DNA from: an uncultured beta proteobacterium
Lineage (GTDB): Bacteria > Pseudomonadota > Gammaproteobacteria > Burkholderiales > SG8-39
Direction of reading: 5' to 3'
Length of the DNA: 64,000 nt
NCBI GenBank assembly: GCA_963735025.1
Contig: CAVTJG010000009.1
Span: 202,225 to 266,224 of the forward strand
Made by a program: the position numbers and the translations under genes. Positions within the stretch are counted from its first letter, which is position 1. Every line of letters begins with the position of its first letter. Below are positions 18,559-26,998 of the stretch, piece after piece. A model generated the notes under the pieces. It worked only from the letters and a program-made list of their open reading frames with translations. It was not told the DNA's origin and did no database searches.

Positions 18559-20046
18559 ATGCTGACAGACGGACGGTTGGGCGTTCCTCCGATGAAAAGT
18601 CTGAGCGACCATGTCAACCACATTCAGCTGGCATCCGAGCTAGATAATCTCCAAGAGTTCATCGAGCTCGATCTGGCTCACGTGATCACCCTGGCCGAGT
18701 GCGGCGCGTTGAGCCGCAGCGTCGCTGCGAAGCTACTGACGGCCCTGCTGAGAGTTGAAGGCCCGAATCCTAAGGTTCAACTCGCCGTCGACAACTCCCG
18801 CGGAAGCATGCTGCTCCAAATCGAAGCGTACCTGATCGCTGAGTGCGGTCCCGATGGGGGGATGCTCCAGTTGGCCCGAAGCCGGATCGATCAGAGCGCG
18901 GCTGCGATGCGGCTTCTCGCACGCCGGCATACCGACGCCGTCATCGCCGCTCTATTGACGGTCGGAGAAGCGCAGCTCAAAGCGGCTGCGCGATACGATC
19001 TTCAACCGATTCCGGGATACACCCACTTTCAGCATGCCCAGCCAACAACACTCGGGCACTACCTCAACGCACACTATTGGGTGACCAGCCGAAACATCGA
19101 ACGACTGGAAGAGGCTCTCGCACGCATCGACCTTTCCGCCCTTGGCGGCGCGGCCATGGTCGGTACCGACTGGCCAATCGACCGGGAGCGTACTGCCGCC
19201 CTGCTCGGCCACCGCGGCCTCGTCGTGAACGCCCGCGACGCTGGGGCATTCGCTCTGGACATCAACGCTGAGATTGCCGGTGGACTCGCCTTGACGCTCA
19301 GCGGTCTAGGGCGCCTCGCCGGAGACTTCTTGTATTGGTCCTCATCCGAGTTGCAATATGTGAAGCTCTACGCCGGGCTGTGCGGCACGTCGAGCATGAT
19401 GCCCCAGAAACGCAATCCCTACGCCCTCGAGCGCGTGCGTGCACTCTCAGGCGAGGCAATTGGCTGGCCGGCATCGCAACTGGGTGTGGTGAAACTGGCT
19501 ACCTCGACCGACGGGGACATCGTGCTTTCCACGAACCGGGTACCCGAAATGTGCGAGACGGTCGTCGGAGCGATCGAGCTCATGACCGACACCATCAACA
19601 CGCTGGAGATAGACAGCGAGGCGATGCGTCGCTCCGCTGGGTCGGGTTGGTCAACGGTGAGTTCCCTCGCCGATGAGCTCGTCCGCCATACAAGTTGCAG
19701 TTTCCGGGTGGCCCATGACATCGTCGCGCGTCTAGTGCGGCTAAGCGAAGAGAAAGGCCGCACAGCCGAGCAGCTCGAGAGCGAGGACCTGAAGGCAGCG
19801 GTCGTCGATGCAGGCCTTGACGTCGATGTCGATAACATCGATATCCGCAGCGTCCTGGATGTCGATCGCTTCATCGCTACCCGAACCAGCTTCGGCGGCG
19901 CGGCGAAAGAAGAGCGCGTCAGGCTGGCCACTCTGGCCTTAGCTGATCTGCAGCACCATCACAAGAAATTTACCGAGACTCAAAACCGCGTAAGCGCGGC
20001 GCACGACGAGCTACTCACAATAGCTCGTGAAATGGCATCGCACTGA
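18559..20046 (+). CDS. Argininosuccinate lyase / fumarate-lyase superfamily protein (divergent)
   Basis: 495 aa. PGYTHFQHAQPTTLGHYL and the superfamily signature GTSSMMPQKRNP. SD GAGGTGA before ATG 18559. G+C is visibly lower than in the neighbours. Confidence 0.8.
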   Translation: MLTDGRLGVPPMKSLSDHVNHIQLASELDNLQEFIELDLAHVITLAECGALSRSVAAKLLTALLRVEGPNPKVQLAVDNSRGSMLLQIEAYLIAECGPDGGMLQLARSRIDQSAAAMRLLARRHTDAVIAALLTVGEAQLKAAARYDLQPIPGYTHFQHAQPTTLGHYLNAHYWVTSRNIERLEEALARIDLSALGGAAMVGTDWPIDRERTAALLGHRGLVVNARDAGAFALDINAEIAGGLALTLSGLGRLAGDFLYWSSSELQYVKLYAGLCGTSSMMPQKRNPYALERVRALSGEAIGWPASQLGVVKLATSTDGDIVLSTNRVPEMCETVVGAIELMTDTINTLEIDSEAMRRSAGSGWSTVSSLADELVRHTSCSFRVAHDIVARLVRLSEEKGRTAEQLESEDLKAAVVDAGLDVDVDNIDIRSVLDVDRFIATRTSFGGAAKEERVRLATLALADLQHHHKKFTETQNRVSAAHDELLTIAREMASH

Positions 20047-20225
20047 TCGGGGCGGATCGATAGGAGAATCAATTCTGCACTCCGTGCGTCGAATCGCCGG
20101 TTTACGCCGATTGCGGCGCACTGAACATGATTGACGCGCGACAGGCCGAAGGGCGCGGCGCATGGAATCTGAAGATCTGAAGTATAGCCACGCCGCCGGG
20201 CGCGGAAAACATGGACTGTCCCTAG

Positions 20226-21485
20226 TTGGTCCCTAGAATGCCGCGCATGATTGCGGGTTCCCGCCTGTTCTTCGGTGTCACGCTCCCGCTCACGGGTCTG
20301 AACTTCCTCAACCAGGCGTCGCGCACGGTGATGGCGATCATCGGGCCGGTGCTCGCGGTGGAGTTCGGGCTGTCGGCGAGCGAGCTGGGGCTGCTTGCCG
20401 CTTGCATGTTCGCGTCCTACGGCCTTGCGCAGCTGCCGGTGGGGATCGCGCTGGACACCATCGGGCCGCGCCGCCTGCAGGCGGGGCTGAGCCTCGTGGC
20501 GGCGGCGGGCTTTGCGGTGTTCGCGCTCTCCAGCGGCCTTGCCGGCTTCTCGGTCGCGCGCGTGCTGCTGGGCGTGGGAATGTCGGCAGGGCTGATGTCG
20601 ATCCTCAAGGCCAATACGCTCTGGTTCCTGCCCACGCAGGTGGCGGGCATGACGGGCATCGCGATGGCGATTTCGTCGCTGGGAAGCGTGGCGACCACTT
20701 CGCCTGTGCAGTGGGCACTGCCGGTGCTCGGCTGGCGCGGCGTGTTCTGGCTGCTCGCGGGCGCCGCGTTCGCAGTGTCGCTGTGGATCTTTCTGTCGGT
20801 GCGCGACAAACTCACGGCAGCGCCGCGTCGCAGCCTGAAAGACGAGCTCGCGGTGATGGGCGCGATCTTCGCTTCGCGACCCTTCTGGCGCTACGGGCCG
20901 CCGGTCGCCTTCCTCTCGGCGAGCAACTTCGCTTACCTCGGACTTTGGGCCGGGCCGTGGCTGCGCGATGTCGCCGGCTACGATGGCGCGGCGCGCGCGC
21001 AGACGCTGTTCTTCTACACGCTCGCCATGATGGCGGGCGGCGCGATCAACGGCCAGATCGCGAGCCGCTTGCAGGCGAGTGGCTATCCGGCGCTCTTCGT
21101 GCCGGTGGTTTGCATCGCGGGATTGCTCGCGGCGCAACTCGGACTCGCGCTGCAGCCTGCGAACGGCGCGGCGGTGCTCGCACTGTGGCTCGCCTTCGCG
21201 TTCTTCGCCTCGGGCGCTGCACCGGCCTACATCGCCGTCGGCCAGATGTTTCCGGTCGAGCAGATGGGCCGCGTCTCCACGGCGATCAACTCGCTCACGC
21301 TCGCGGGCGCCTTCCTGCTGCAGTCGGCGGTGGGCTGGATCCTCGACCTGTGGCCGCGCACCGCGGCGGGCGGCTGGGATTCGCGCGGCTATTCGGCCGC
21401 GCTGCTCGTCTCGGTGGCGATGCAGGTGCTCGCCAGCGTGCACTTGGCGCGGTGGACGACGGGCTGGATCCGCCGGCGCCATTAG
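20226..21485 (+). CDS. MFS transporter
   Basis: 419-aa maximal ORF with 12 predicted hydrophobic helices. It contains LNQASRTVMAIIGPVLAVEFGLSASELGLLAACMFASYGLAQLPVGIALDTIGPRR. Likely starts are ATG 20238 or 20247. Confidence 0.8.
   Translation: MVPRMPRMIAGSRLFFGVTLPLTGLNFLNQASRTVMAIIGPVLAVEFGLSASELGLLAACMFASYGLAQLPVGIALDTIGPRRLQAGLSLVAAAGFAVFALSSGLAGFSVARVLLGVGMSAGLMSILKANTLWFLPTQVAGMTGIAMAISSLGSVATTSPVQWALPVLGWRGVFWLLAGAAFAVSLWIFLSVRDKLTAAPRRSLKDELAVMGAIFASRPFWRYGPPVAFLSASNFAYLGLWAGPWLRDVAGYDGAARAQTLFFYTLAMMAGGAINGQIASRLQASGYPALFVPVVCIAGLLAAQLGLALQPANGAAVLALWLAFAFFASGAAPAYIAVGQMFPVEQMGRVSTAINSLTLAGAFLLQSAVGWILDLWPRTAAGGWDSRGYSAALLVSVAMQVLASVHLARWTTGWIRRRH
20234..20239 (+). promoter_or_regulatory. 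TAGAAT -10-like box 7 nt upstream of ATG 20247 (possible leaderless MFS transcript)
   Basis: GGTCCCTAGAATGCCGCGCATG. The same motif and spacing occur at 21709 and 59830. Confidence 0.3.
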
Positions 21486-21551
21486 CGATTGCCACGGCGT
21501 CTCGCGGTTGCGCTCACCGGCGCGCCGAGCGGCCGGCCAGATGATTGTAGA

Positions 21552-21636
21552 TATGTGATCGAGACCGGCGAGATCATGCTGGAGGGCGAGGCTCGCGGGC
21601 CCGCGCGTCATCGAGTCGTATCTCGGCGGCGGGGCG
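21552..21636 (+). pseudogene. Remnant of the 3' end of a LivF/LivG-type ABC ATPase gene
   Basis: My translation gives YVIETGEIMLEGEARG, then (+1 frame) PRVIESYLGG. This matches the conserved C-terminal ending of Liv-type ATPases. There is no upstream ATPase body. Confidence 0.5.
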
Positions 21637-21708
21637 CAGCCCTGGTTCCAGCAGCAAAGGGACGATAGGTCGCCCGGGCCAGGCTTTACCCGTCCGCGCG
21701 GTCCCCCC

Positions 21709-21714
21709 TAGAAT
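21709..21714 (+). promoter_or_regulatory. TAGAAT -10-like box 7 nt upstream of ATG 21722
   Basis: GGTCCCCCCTAGAATGGCGCCCATG, with TTACCC 17 bp upstream as a weak -35. The downstream ATG would give the canonical lipoprotein start MRVLITLF...LLLVGC. Confidence 0.3.
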
Positions 21715-22603
21715 GGCGCCCATGCGCGTCCTGATTACCCTGTTTACCGGCGGGGTTTCTCTCCTGCTCGTCGGTTGCGCCGTCCTGCTCGAACCGCTCG
21801 AGAAGAGCCTTCTCTATCGGCCGTGGTCGCCGGGTTCCGAGTACCTCACGTCGATTGCTTCGCACGAGAACGGCATCGAGGAGGTGCGCCTCACCACGCC
21901 CGACGGCGTGAAGCTGCATGGCTGGCTGAAGCACCCACCGGGGGCACGGCGCGGCGAGCGGTTCCCGATCGTGATCGTCTTCGGCGGCGTGCGCCGCGAG
22001 ACGTCGTGGATGATCAACCAGGGCGAGAAGCCACGCGAATGGGGCTGGCTGTTCATCAACTACCGCGGCTACGGCCTCTCGGAGGGCGAGCCCTCCGAGC
22101 AGGTCATTCTCGAAGACGCGAAGCTGGTCTACGACTACGCGGCCGCGCGGCCGGATGTGGATCCGGCTTCCATCGTGCTCCTGGGCCGCAGCCTCGGCTC
22201 ATATGTCGCCGTGAAGGTGGCGGCAGAGCGCAGGACGCGTGGCGCGATTCTCGCCACCCCCTTCGACAGCTTCGCCGCACTCGGCGCCGAGCGCTACCCG
22301 TATCTGCCAGTCGGGTTGCTGCTCAACGGGCACTATGATTCGGCGGCGATTGCGCCGACGATCACGGCGCCGGCGCTTTTCGTGCTCGCGGAAAACGACA
22401 ACGTCACCCCGGTCGCGAACGGCTCGGCGCTCGCACGCGCATGGGGCGGGCCGCATCAGACCGTGATGCTCGCCGGTGCGCGCCACTACGGCATCGAGCG
22501 GCGCGACGAGTTCTGGCGGGCCGTTGGTGAGTTCCTGCGTGAACTTAAGCCCGCGCTCACCGTTCCTGCCAGCAAGGAATTCAAAGTCGGGTCACAGCCT
22601 TAG
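21713..22603 (+). CDS. Alpha/beta hydrolase, probable lipoprotein
   Basis: Signal peptide plus lipobox LLLVGC, nucleophile elbow GRSLGS. DGVKLHGWL...IVIVFGG. Confidence 0.75.
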   Translation: MAPMRVLITLFTGGVSLLLVGCAVLLEPLEKSLLYRPWSPGSEYLTSIASHENGIEEVRLTTPDGVKLHGWLKHPPGARRGERFPIVIVFGGVRRETSWMINQGEKPREWGWLFINYRGYGLSEGEPSEQVILEDAKLVYDYAAARPDVDPASIVLLGRSLGSYVAVKVAAERRTRGAILATPFDSFAALGAERYPYLPVGLLLNGHYDSAAIAPTITAPALFVLAENDNVTPVANGSALARAWGGPHQTVMLAGARHYGIERRDEFWRAVGEFLRELKPALTVPASKEFKVGSQP

Positions 22604-22608
22604 ATGCG

Positions 22609-24315
22609 CTACTTCCGCCGCGGAATGATCGGCACGAGCAAATAGGCTTCACGCTCGGGGCCGGTGTATAGCGTCGTCTCGCCGCCGAATATGTCCGCTG
22701 GCCTATCGTGCGGATCGTCGTGTAGCCACGGCCCCGATCCGCGCGAGCGGAAAGCCGGGTTCGCATCGCCGCCCGGCCGCTCGAAATCCTTGCCGGAAAT
22801 GTTGACCGCGATCCGGTAGCCCGCCAGCAGCACGACGCTCATCGGCCAGACCTCGACGTCGAGCTCGTAGACCTGCCCGGGGCGCAGCGGCCACTTGTCG
22901 TCGTGCGCGTGGTACGGACGATAGGGCAGCGACTTGGCTTGATCAAGCTTGCGGTGCGAGGCACGCAGCCAACCCTGGGCGAGCGGCGTTTTCGGATCGA
23001 CGGTGCCCTGGAAAGTGACCTCGCGGCCGTCGGGCGCGAACGCCATGACCGTGGCGAAAAGATCCGCGTCGTGGGTCGACGAGGATACGTAGAGCCTGAG
23101 CGCCATCGGCCCGGTCAGCTCGGTCTCCTGGTCGAGCGGCGGCGACATCCAGCGGATGCCCTCGCCCATCGCCGCGAAGCTCGCCTGTCCCGTGGCCGCC
23201 GGTGCGCGCCAGTCGAGCGCGCCGCCTTTCGCGTCGAGAAAGAGCTTGGTCCACTGCGTGCCTTCCAGCGGCCAGGCTTGCTCCTTGCGCAACTCGAACT
23301 CGTTCTTGAACGGCCGGCGGAGATTGAGCCAAACGCGCGGCTCCTTGTCCCAACCGTTGTCGGCGCCCTTGAGAAAGTGGTCAAAGAACTTTTTCTGGAG
23401 GTCCATGCCGTACTTGAGGTAGAACCACTCCTCGTGGCGACCGGGATGACCATCGAGCCACTTCTGCTGCGCGGCGGCCTGCGTGAACGCCTCGAAGTTG
23501 CCCCGCGGGTGCAGGCCGAAACCCGCCCAGCTTGCAGCGCTGACGAACGGCGTGATCACCTTGGACCAGTCGGGCGAGCGATCGCGGTACCAGGCGTCGT
23601 CCATCTCGCGCGCGCGGGCGTTCGCGAGCGTGTCGCAGTGGTTGGCGGCAAGCGCTTCTTCGGAGAGCTCGGCTGGTCCGGTCGAGGACTCGTCCAGCCA
23701 GTGGTCGCGCGGCGCCTTCGGGTTTCCGTGCTGCACGGCGAGCACCTGGCGAGGAAACCAGGCCTCCATGAACTTGTTCGAGAGAATGCCGCCGTGCCGG
23801 TACCACTCGCGGTACATGTCGGCCGCGCCTTCCCACGCCACCATGGCCGTGAGGTGCGGCGGCTGCAGCGTGGCGACGTGCCATTGGTTGATTGCGTAGT
23901 AGGAGATGCCGTTCAGCCCCACCTTGCCGTTCGACCACAGGCGCGTGCCGGCCCACTCAATCGCGTGATAGTAGTCCTGCGTCTCGCGCGGCGAGAAGAT
24001 GTCGAGATATCCCGGCGAGCGGCCCGCGCCGCGCGAATCGACGCGCACCACGGCGTAGCCCCACGGCACCCAAACCTCCGGATCGACGGTTTCCCACGTG
24101 AGGTAGCTGCGGGTGGAGCCCGGCAGCATGTCGGGATGCTCGGCGGCAAGCCAATCCCACATCAGCTTGTAATGTTCCTGCCACTTGACGCCCTTGCCAT
24201 AGGGCCCGTGGGTCATGATGACCGGAACCGGCGCAGTGGTTTCGGGCCGGTAGACGTCGGCGCGCAGTACCAGTCCATCATCCATCGTGATGGGCAGATC
24301 CCTTTCGATCAGCAT
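22609..24315 (-). CDS. CocE/NonD family hydrolase (X-Pro dipeptidyl-peptidase S15 family)
   Basis: MLIERDLPITMDDGLVLRADVYRPETTAPVPVIMTHGPYGKG...VRVDSRGAGRSPG...GISYYA. SD GGAGGAG before ATG 24315. Confidence 0.85.
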   Translation of the reverse strand: MLIERDLPITMDDGLVLRADVYRPETTAPVPVIMTHGPYGKGVKWQEHYKLMWDWLAAEHPDMLPGSTRSYLTWETVDPEVWVPWGYAVVRVDSRGAGRSPGYLDIFSPRETQDYYHAIEWAGTRLWSNGKVGLNGISYYAINQWHVATLQPPHLTAMVAWEGAADMYREWYRHGGILSNKFMEAWFPRQVLAVQHGNPKAPRDHWLDESSTGPAELSEEALAANHCDTLANARAREMDDAWYRDRSPDWSKVITPFVSAASWAGFGLHPRGNFEAFTQAAAQQKWLDGHPGRHEEWFYLKYGMDLQKKFFDHFLKGADNGWDKEPRVWLNLRRPFKNEFELRKEQAWPLEGTQWTKLFLDAKGGALDWRAPAATGQASFAAMGEGIRWMSPPLDQETELTGPMALRLYVSSSTHDADLFATVMAFAPDGREVTFQGTVDPKTPLAQGWLRASHRKLDQAKSLPYRPYHAHDDKWPLRPGQVYELDVEVWPMSVVLLAGYRIAVNISGKDFERPGGDANPAFRSRGSGPWLHDDPHDRPADIFGGETTLYTGPEREAYLLVPIIPRRK

Positions 24316-24483
24316 GGCATCTCCTCCGATTGGGCCGTCTTGTGGGGGTTGGGCGCGAACGCGCGGAACCCATTCTGCGACTGGCCGCGTCGGGTGTCGA
24401 GCCGTCAGCCCGCGGACTGGGGTTGCGGCTCGCGAACATCGTGCGCGAGAATTGCCGCTCCACATGGCGGCGGCGACTCACCG

Positions 24484-24753
24484 ATGCCAAAAGTCGTTTT
24501 CACCACCCAGCTCCAGCGGCACATCCCGTCTCCGACATGCGAGGTGAACGGGGAGACGGTGCGCGCGGCGCTCGACGCCGTCTTCATCGAGCACGGTGCG
24601 CTGCGCGGCTACGTTCTGGACGACCAGGGTCATCTGCGCAAGCACGTGGCGATCTTCATCGACGGCGCGCGCGTGCAGGACCGGGAGCGATTGTCCGACG
24701 CCGTGCGGCCGGAGAGCGAAATCTACGTGCTGCAGGCGCTGACCGGCGGCTGA
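24484..24753 (+). CDS. MoaD/ThiS-family ubiquitin-like (beta-grasp) small protein ending in Gly-Gly
   Basis: 89 aa: MPKVVFTTQLQRHIPSPTCEVNGETVRAALDAVFIEHGALRGYVLDDQGHLRKHVAIFIDGARV...EIYVLQALTGG-stop. Confidence 0.7.
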   Translation: MPKVVFTTQLQRHIPSPTCEVNGETVRAALDAVFIEHGALRGYVLDDQGHLRKHVAIFIDGARVQDRERLSDAVRPESEIYVLQALTGG

Positions 24754-24772
24754 GGGCTGAAGGAGGATTCCA

Positions 24773-25861
24773 ATGAGCGATCGCGTGCGCGTTGCCACTC
24801 GCAAGGGGCTCTTCACCATCACCCGGCGTGGTGGCCGCTGGGAGATCGGCACACCCGAGTTCCTGGGCGACCCCGTGACCAACGTGCTGGACGACTCCCG
24901 CGACGGCACGCTGTACGCCACGCTCAATCTCGGTCACTTCGGCGTGAAGCTCAAGCGCTCGCGAGACGACGGCAAGTCATGGGAGGAGCTCGCGGCGCCG
25001 ACCTATCCGCCGCAGCCGGAGGGTGCGCAAGGCGCGCCGTGGAAGCTCGTGCTGATCTGGGCGCTCGAGACCGGCGGGAAGAACGAGCCCGGTCTGCTCT
25101 GGGCGGGAACGATTCCCGGGGGACTGTTCCGCTCGCGGGACCACGGCGAATCATGGCAGCTCGTCCGGTCGCTTTGGGACCATCCCGACCGGCTCAAGTG
25201 GATGGGCGGCGGGTATGACCACGCGGGCATCCACTCGATCCTCGTCGATCCGCGCGACGCGGCACGCGTGACGCTTGGCGTCTCGACGGGCGGCGTGTGG
25301 ATCAGCGCGGACGCGGGCGAGACATGGCGTGTTTCGGGGACCGGTATGCGCGCCGCCTACATGCCCCCGGAGCTGCAAGGCGATCCGATTGCGCAGGACA
25401 TCCATCGTATGGTCGCGTGTCCGGTGCGGCCGGAGACGCTATGGGTGCAGCATCACTGCGGAATTTTCCGCTCGGTCGACTCCGCGGCAACGTGGGCCGA
25501 GATCAGCGAGGTCACACCCTCGTCGTTCGGCTTTGCGGTTGCCGTGCATCCGCACGACCCCGATGTCGCGTGGTTTGTCCCGGCCATCAAGGACGAGCGC
25601 CGCGTCCCGGTCGATGCGCGCTTCGTGGTCACGCGCACGAGGGACGGCGGCAAGCACTTCGACGTGCTGAGCGCTGGCCTGCCTGCCCAGCCTTCCTACG
25701 ATCTCGTCTACCGCCACGGCCTCGCCGTCGACGCGACCGGGAGGCGGCTCGCGATGGGCTCGACGACGGGCGGGCTGTGGATTTCCGAAGACTCCGGCGA
25801 CTCCTGGCACTGTGTCTCGCTCAACCTGCCACCGATCGCCGCCGTGCGATTCGCCGACTGA
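24773..25861 (+). CDS. BNR/Asp-box repeat beta-propeller protein (sialidase-fold / Ycf48-like)
   Basis: Repeated Asp-boxes SRDDGKSW, SRDHGESW, SADAGETW, SVDSAATW, TRDGGKHF, SEDSGDSW spaced ~50-60 aa apart. It starts 20 bp after the MoaD-like stop. Confidence 0.8.
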   Translation: MSDRVRVATRKGLFTITRRGGRWEIGTPEFLGDPVTNVLDDSRDGTLYATLNLGHFGVKLKRSRDDGKSWEELAAPTYPPQPEGAQGAPWKLVLIWALETGGKNEPGLLWAGTIPGGLFRSRDHGESWQLVRSLWDHPDRLKWMGGGYDHAGIHSILVDPRDAARVTLGVSTGGVWISADAGETWRVSGTGMRAAYMPPELQGDPIAQDIHRMVACPVRPETLWVQHHCGIFRSVDSAATWAEISEVTPSSFGFAVAVHPHDPDVAWFVPAIKDERRVPVDARFVVTRTRDGGKHFDVLSAGLPAQPSYDLVYRHGLAVDATGRRLAMGSTTGGLWISEDSGDSWHCVSLNLPPIAAVRFAD

Positions 25862-25903
25862 CTCCAGCGGGTCGGCCAGACAGAAGGGCGTTCCTTCCCG
25901 CTG

Positions 25904-26974
25904 TTACTGCCGGACCGAGTACGAGACGAACTGTCCGCAGACCGAATCCACACACGTCGTAGTCATCCTTGTACCGTCCGGGGAAATTGTCCCGGTGCAG
26001 CGTCCTTCCGAGGGCATCGTCGTGCGGTACGCGACCTCCACGCGTGTTCCTTGGATCGAGCCCGCGCCAGCTGCCCGGAAGCTTCCCCGGCATGCAATCC
26101 CCGACGAGGTGTACTGGAACGTGTCCCCGTTCTGGACGAACTCCGAAACGTGTCCCCAGGTAGTGTCGCGCCACGAGCCGCGGATCTGGATTGGCGGCGT
26201 CGCGGATGCGCGGGGTGGCGTATCAGTCTGCGGACGGGGCGCTGGCACGGTCCGGGCGCTCGCCGCCGCTGCCTCCTTCGCGCGCCGGTCTTCCTCTACC
26301 TGGCGCTGAGCCGCCTCTCTGCGCGCGGCTTCCGCAGCGTTCTGCTCGGTCTGACGACGGGCTTCTTGCTCCGCCGCGATCCGCTCGTTCATCGTGTCGT
26401 AGGTCACGTACGCGACGGCAAGCAAGGCCAGTGCGACGCCAGCCACTGCCGCGAGTGTCGCCTTCGAGCGGCGCTGCACACTCGGGCGCCGCGCTTCCGT
26501 GCGCTCTGCCTGCGCACGCACAGGTGACGGCCGCGTTGCTGGTCTGGGCGCCGCAGGACCGGAATCGGATTTCGGTGCGGTGCCGCGATTTGCCAGTGCC
26601 TGGATGGCCCGGGACAGCTCTATGAACTGTGGATCCGACTGGGTCCCGCCCCAACCCGACAGGTCAGCCGCCTGCAATCTCCTGAATTCCAGCGGGATCT
26701 TCACGGGCTCGATCAGCACCGGCACGAGTATGCGGCGCTGCATCGCCTCCGCCGACTCATTCTTCACCCAGCTCGATGCGACGGAAGCCGTTGACCACAG
26801 CACCACGACGCACTTCGCCGCGTCGAGCGCTTCCTCTATGACCTCATCAAATGCCCGGCCTGGCGGGATCGTGCGATCCCACCATATGGACCAGCCTTGA
26901 CCCGCGAGGCTCTCGGCCAGGATCTTCGCACGGTCCCGATCAGCACTCGCGTAGCTGATGAAAACGTCTGCCAT
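25904..26974 (-). CDS. TIR-domain protein with one transmembrane helix and a C-terminal 4-Cys domain
   Basis: The N-terminus reads MADVFISYASADRDRAKILAESLAGQGWSIWWDRTIPPGRAFDEVIEEALDAAKCVVVLWSTASVASSWVKNESAEA (TIR_2-type). RRPSVQRRSK is followed by the helix ATLAAVAGVALALLAVAYVTY. Then come an E/R/A/Q-rich segment, a Pro-rich linker and a ~95-aa Cys-containing domain. Confidence 0.85.
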   Translation of the reverse strand: MADVFISYASADRDRAKILAESLAGQGWSIWWDRTIPPGRAFDEVIEEALDAAKCVVVLWSTASVASSWVKNESAEAMQRRILVPVLIEPVKIPLEFRRLQAADLSGWGGTQSDPQFIELSRAIQALANRGTAPKSDSGPAAPRPATRPSPVRAQAERTEARRPSVQRRSKATLAAVAGVALALLAVAYVTYDTMNERIAAEQEARRQTEQNAAEAARREAAQRQVEEDRRAKEAAAASARTVPAPRPQTDTPPRASATPPIQIRGSWRDTTWGHVSEFVQNGDTFQYTSSGIACRGSFRAAGAGSIQGTRVEVAYRTTMPSEGRCTGTISPDGTRMTTTCVDSVCGQFVSYSVRQ

Positions 26975-26998
26975 AGACGGTACAAGCCAGAAAACCCG

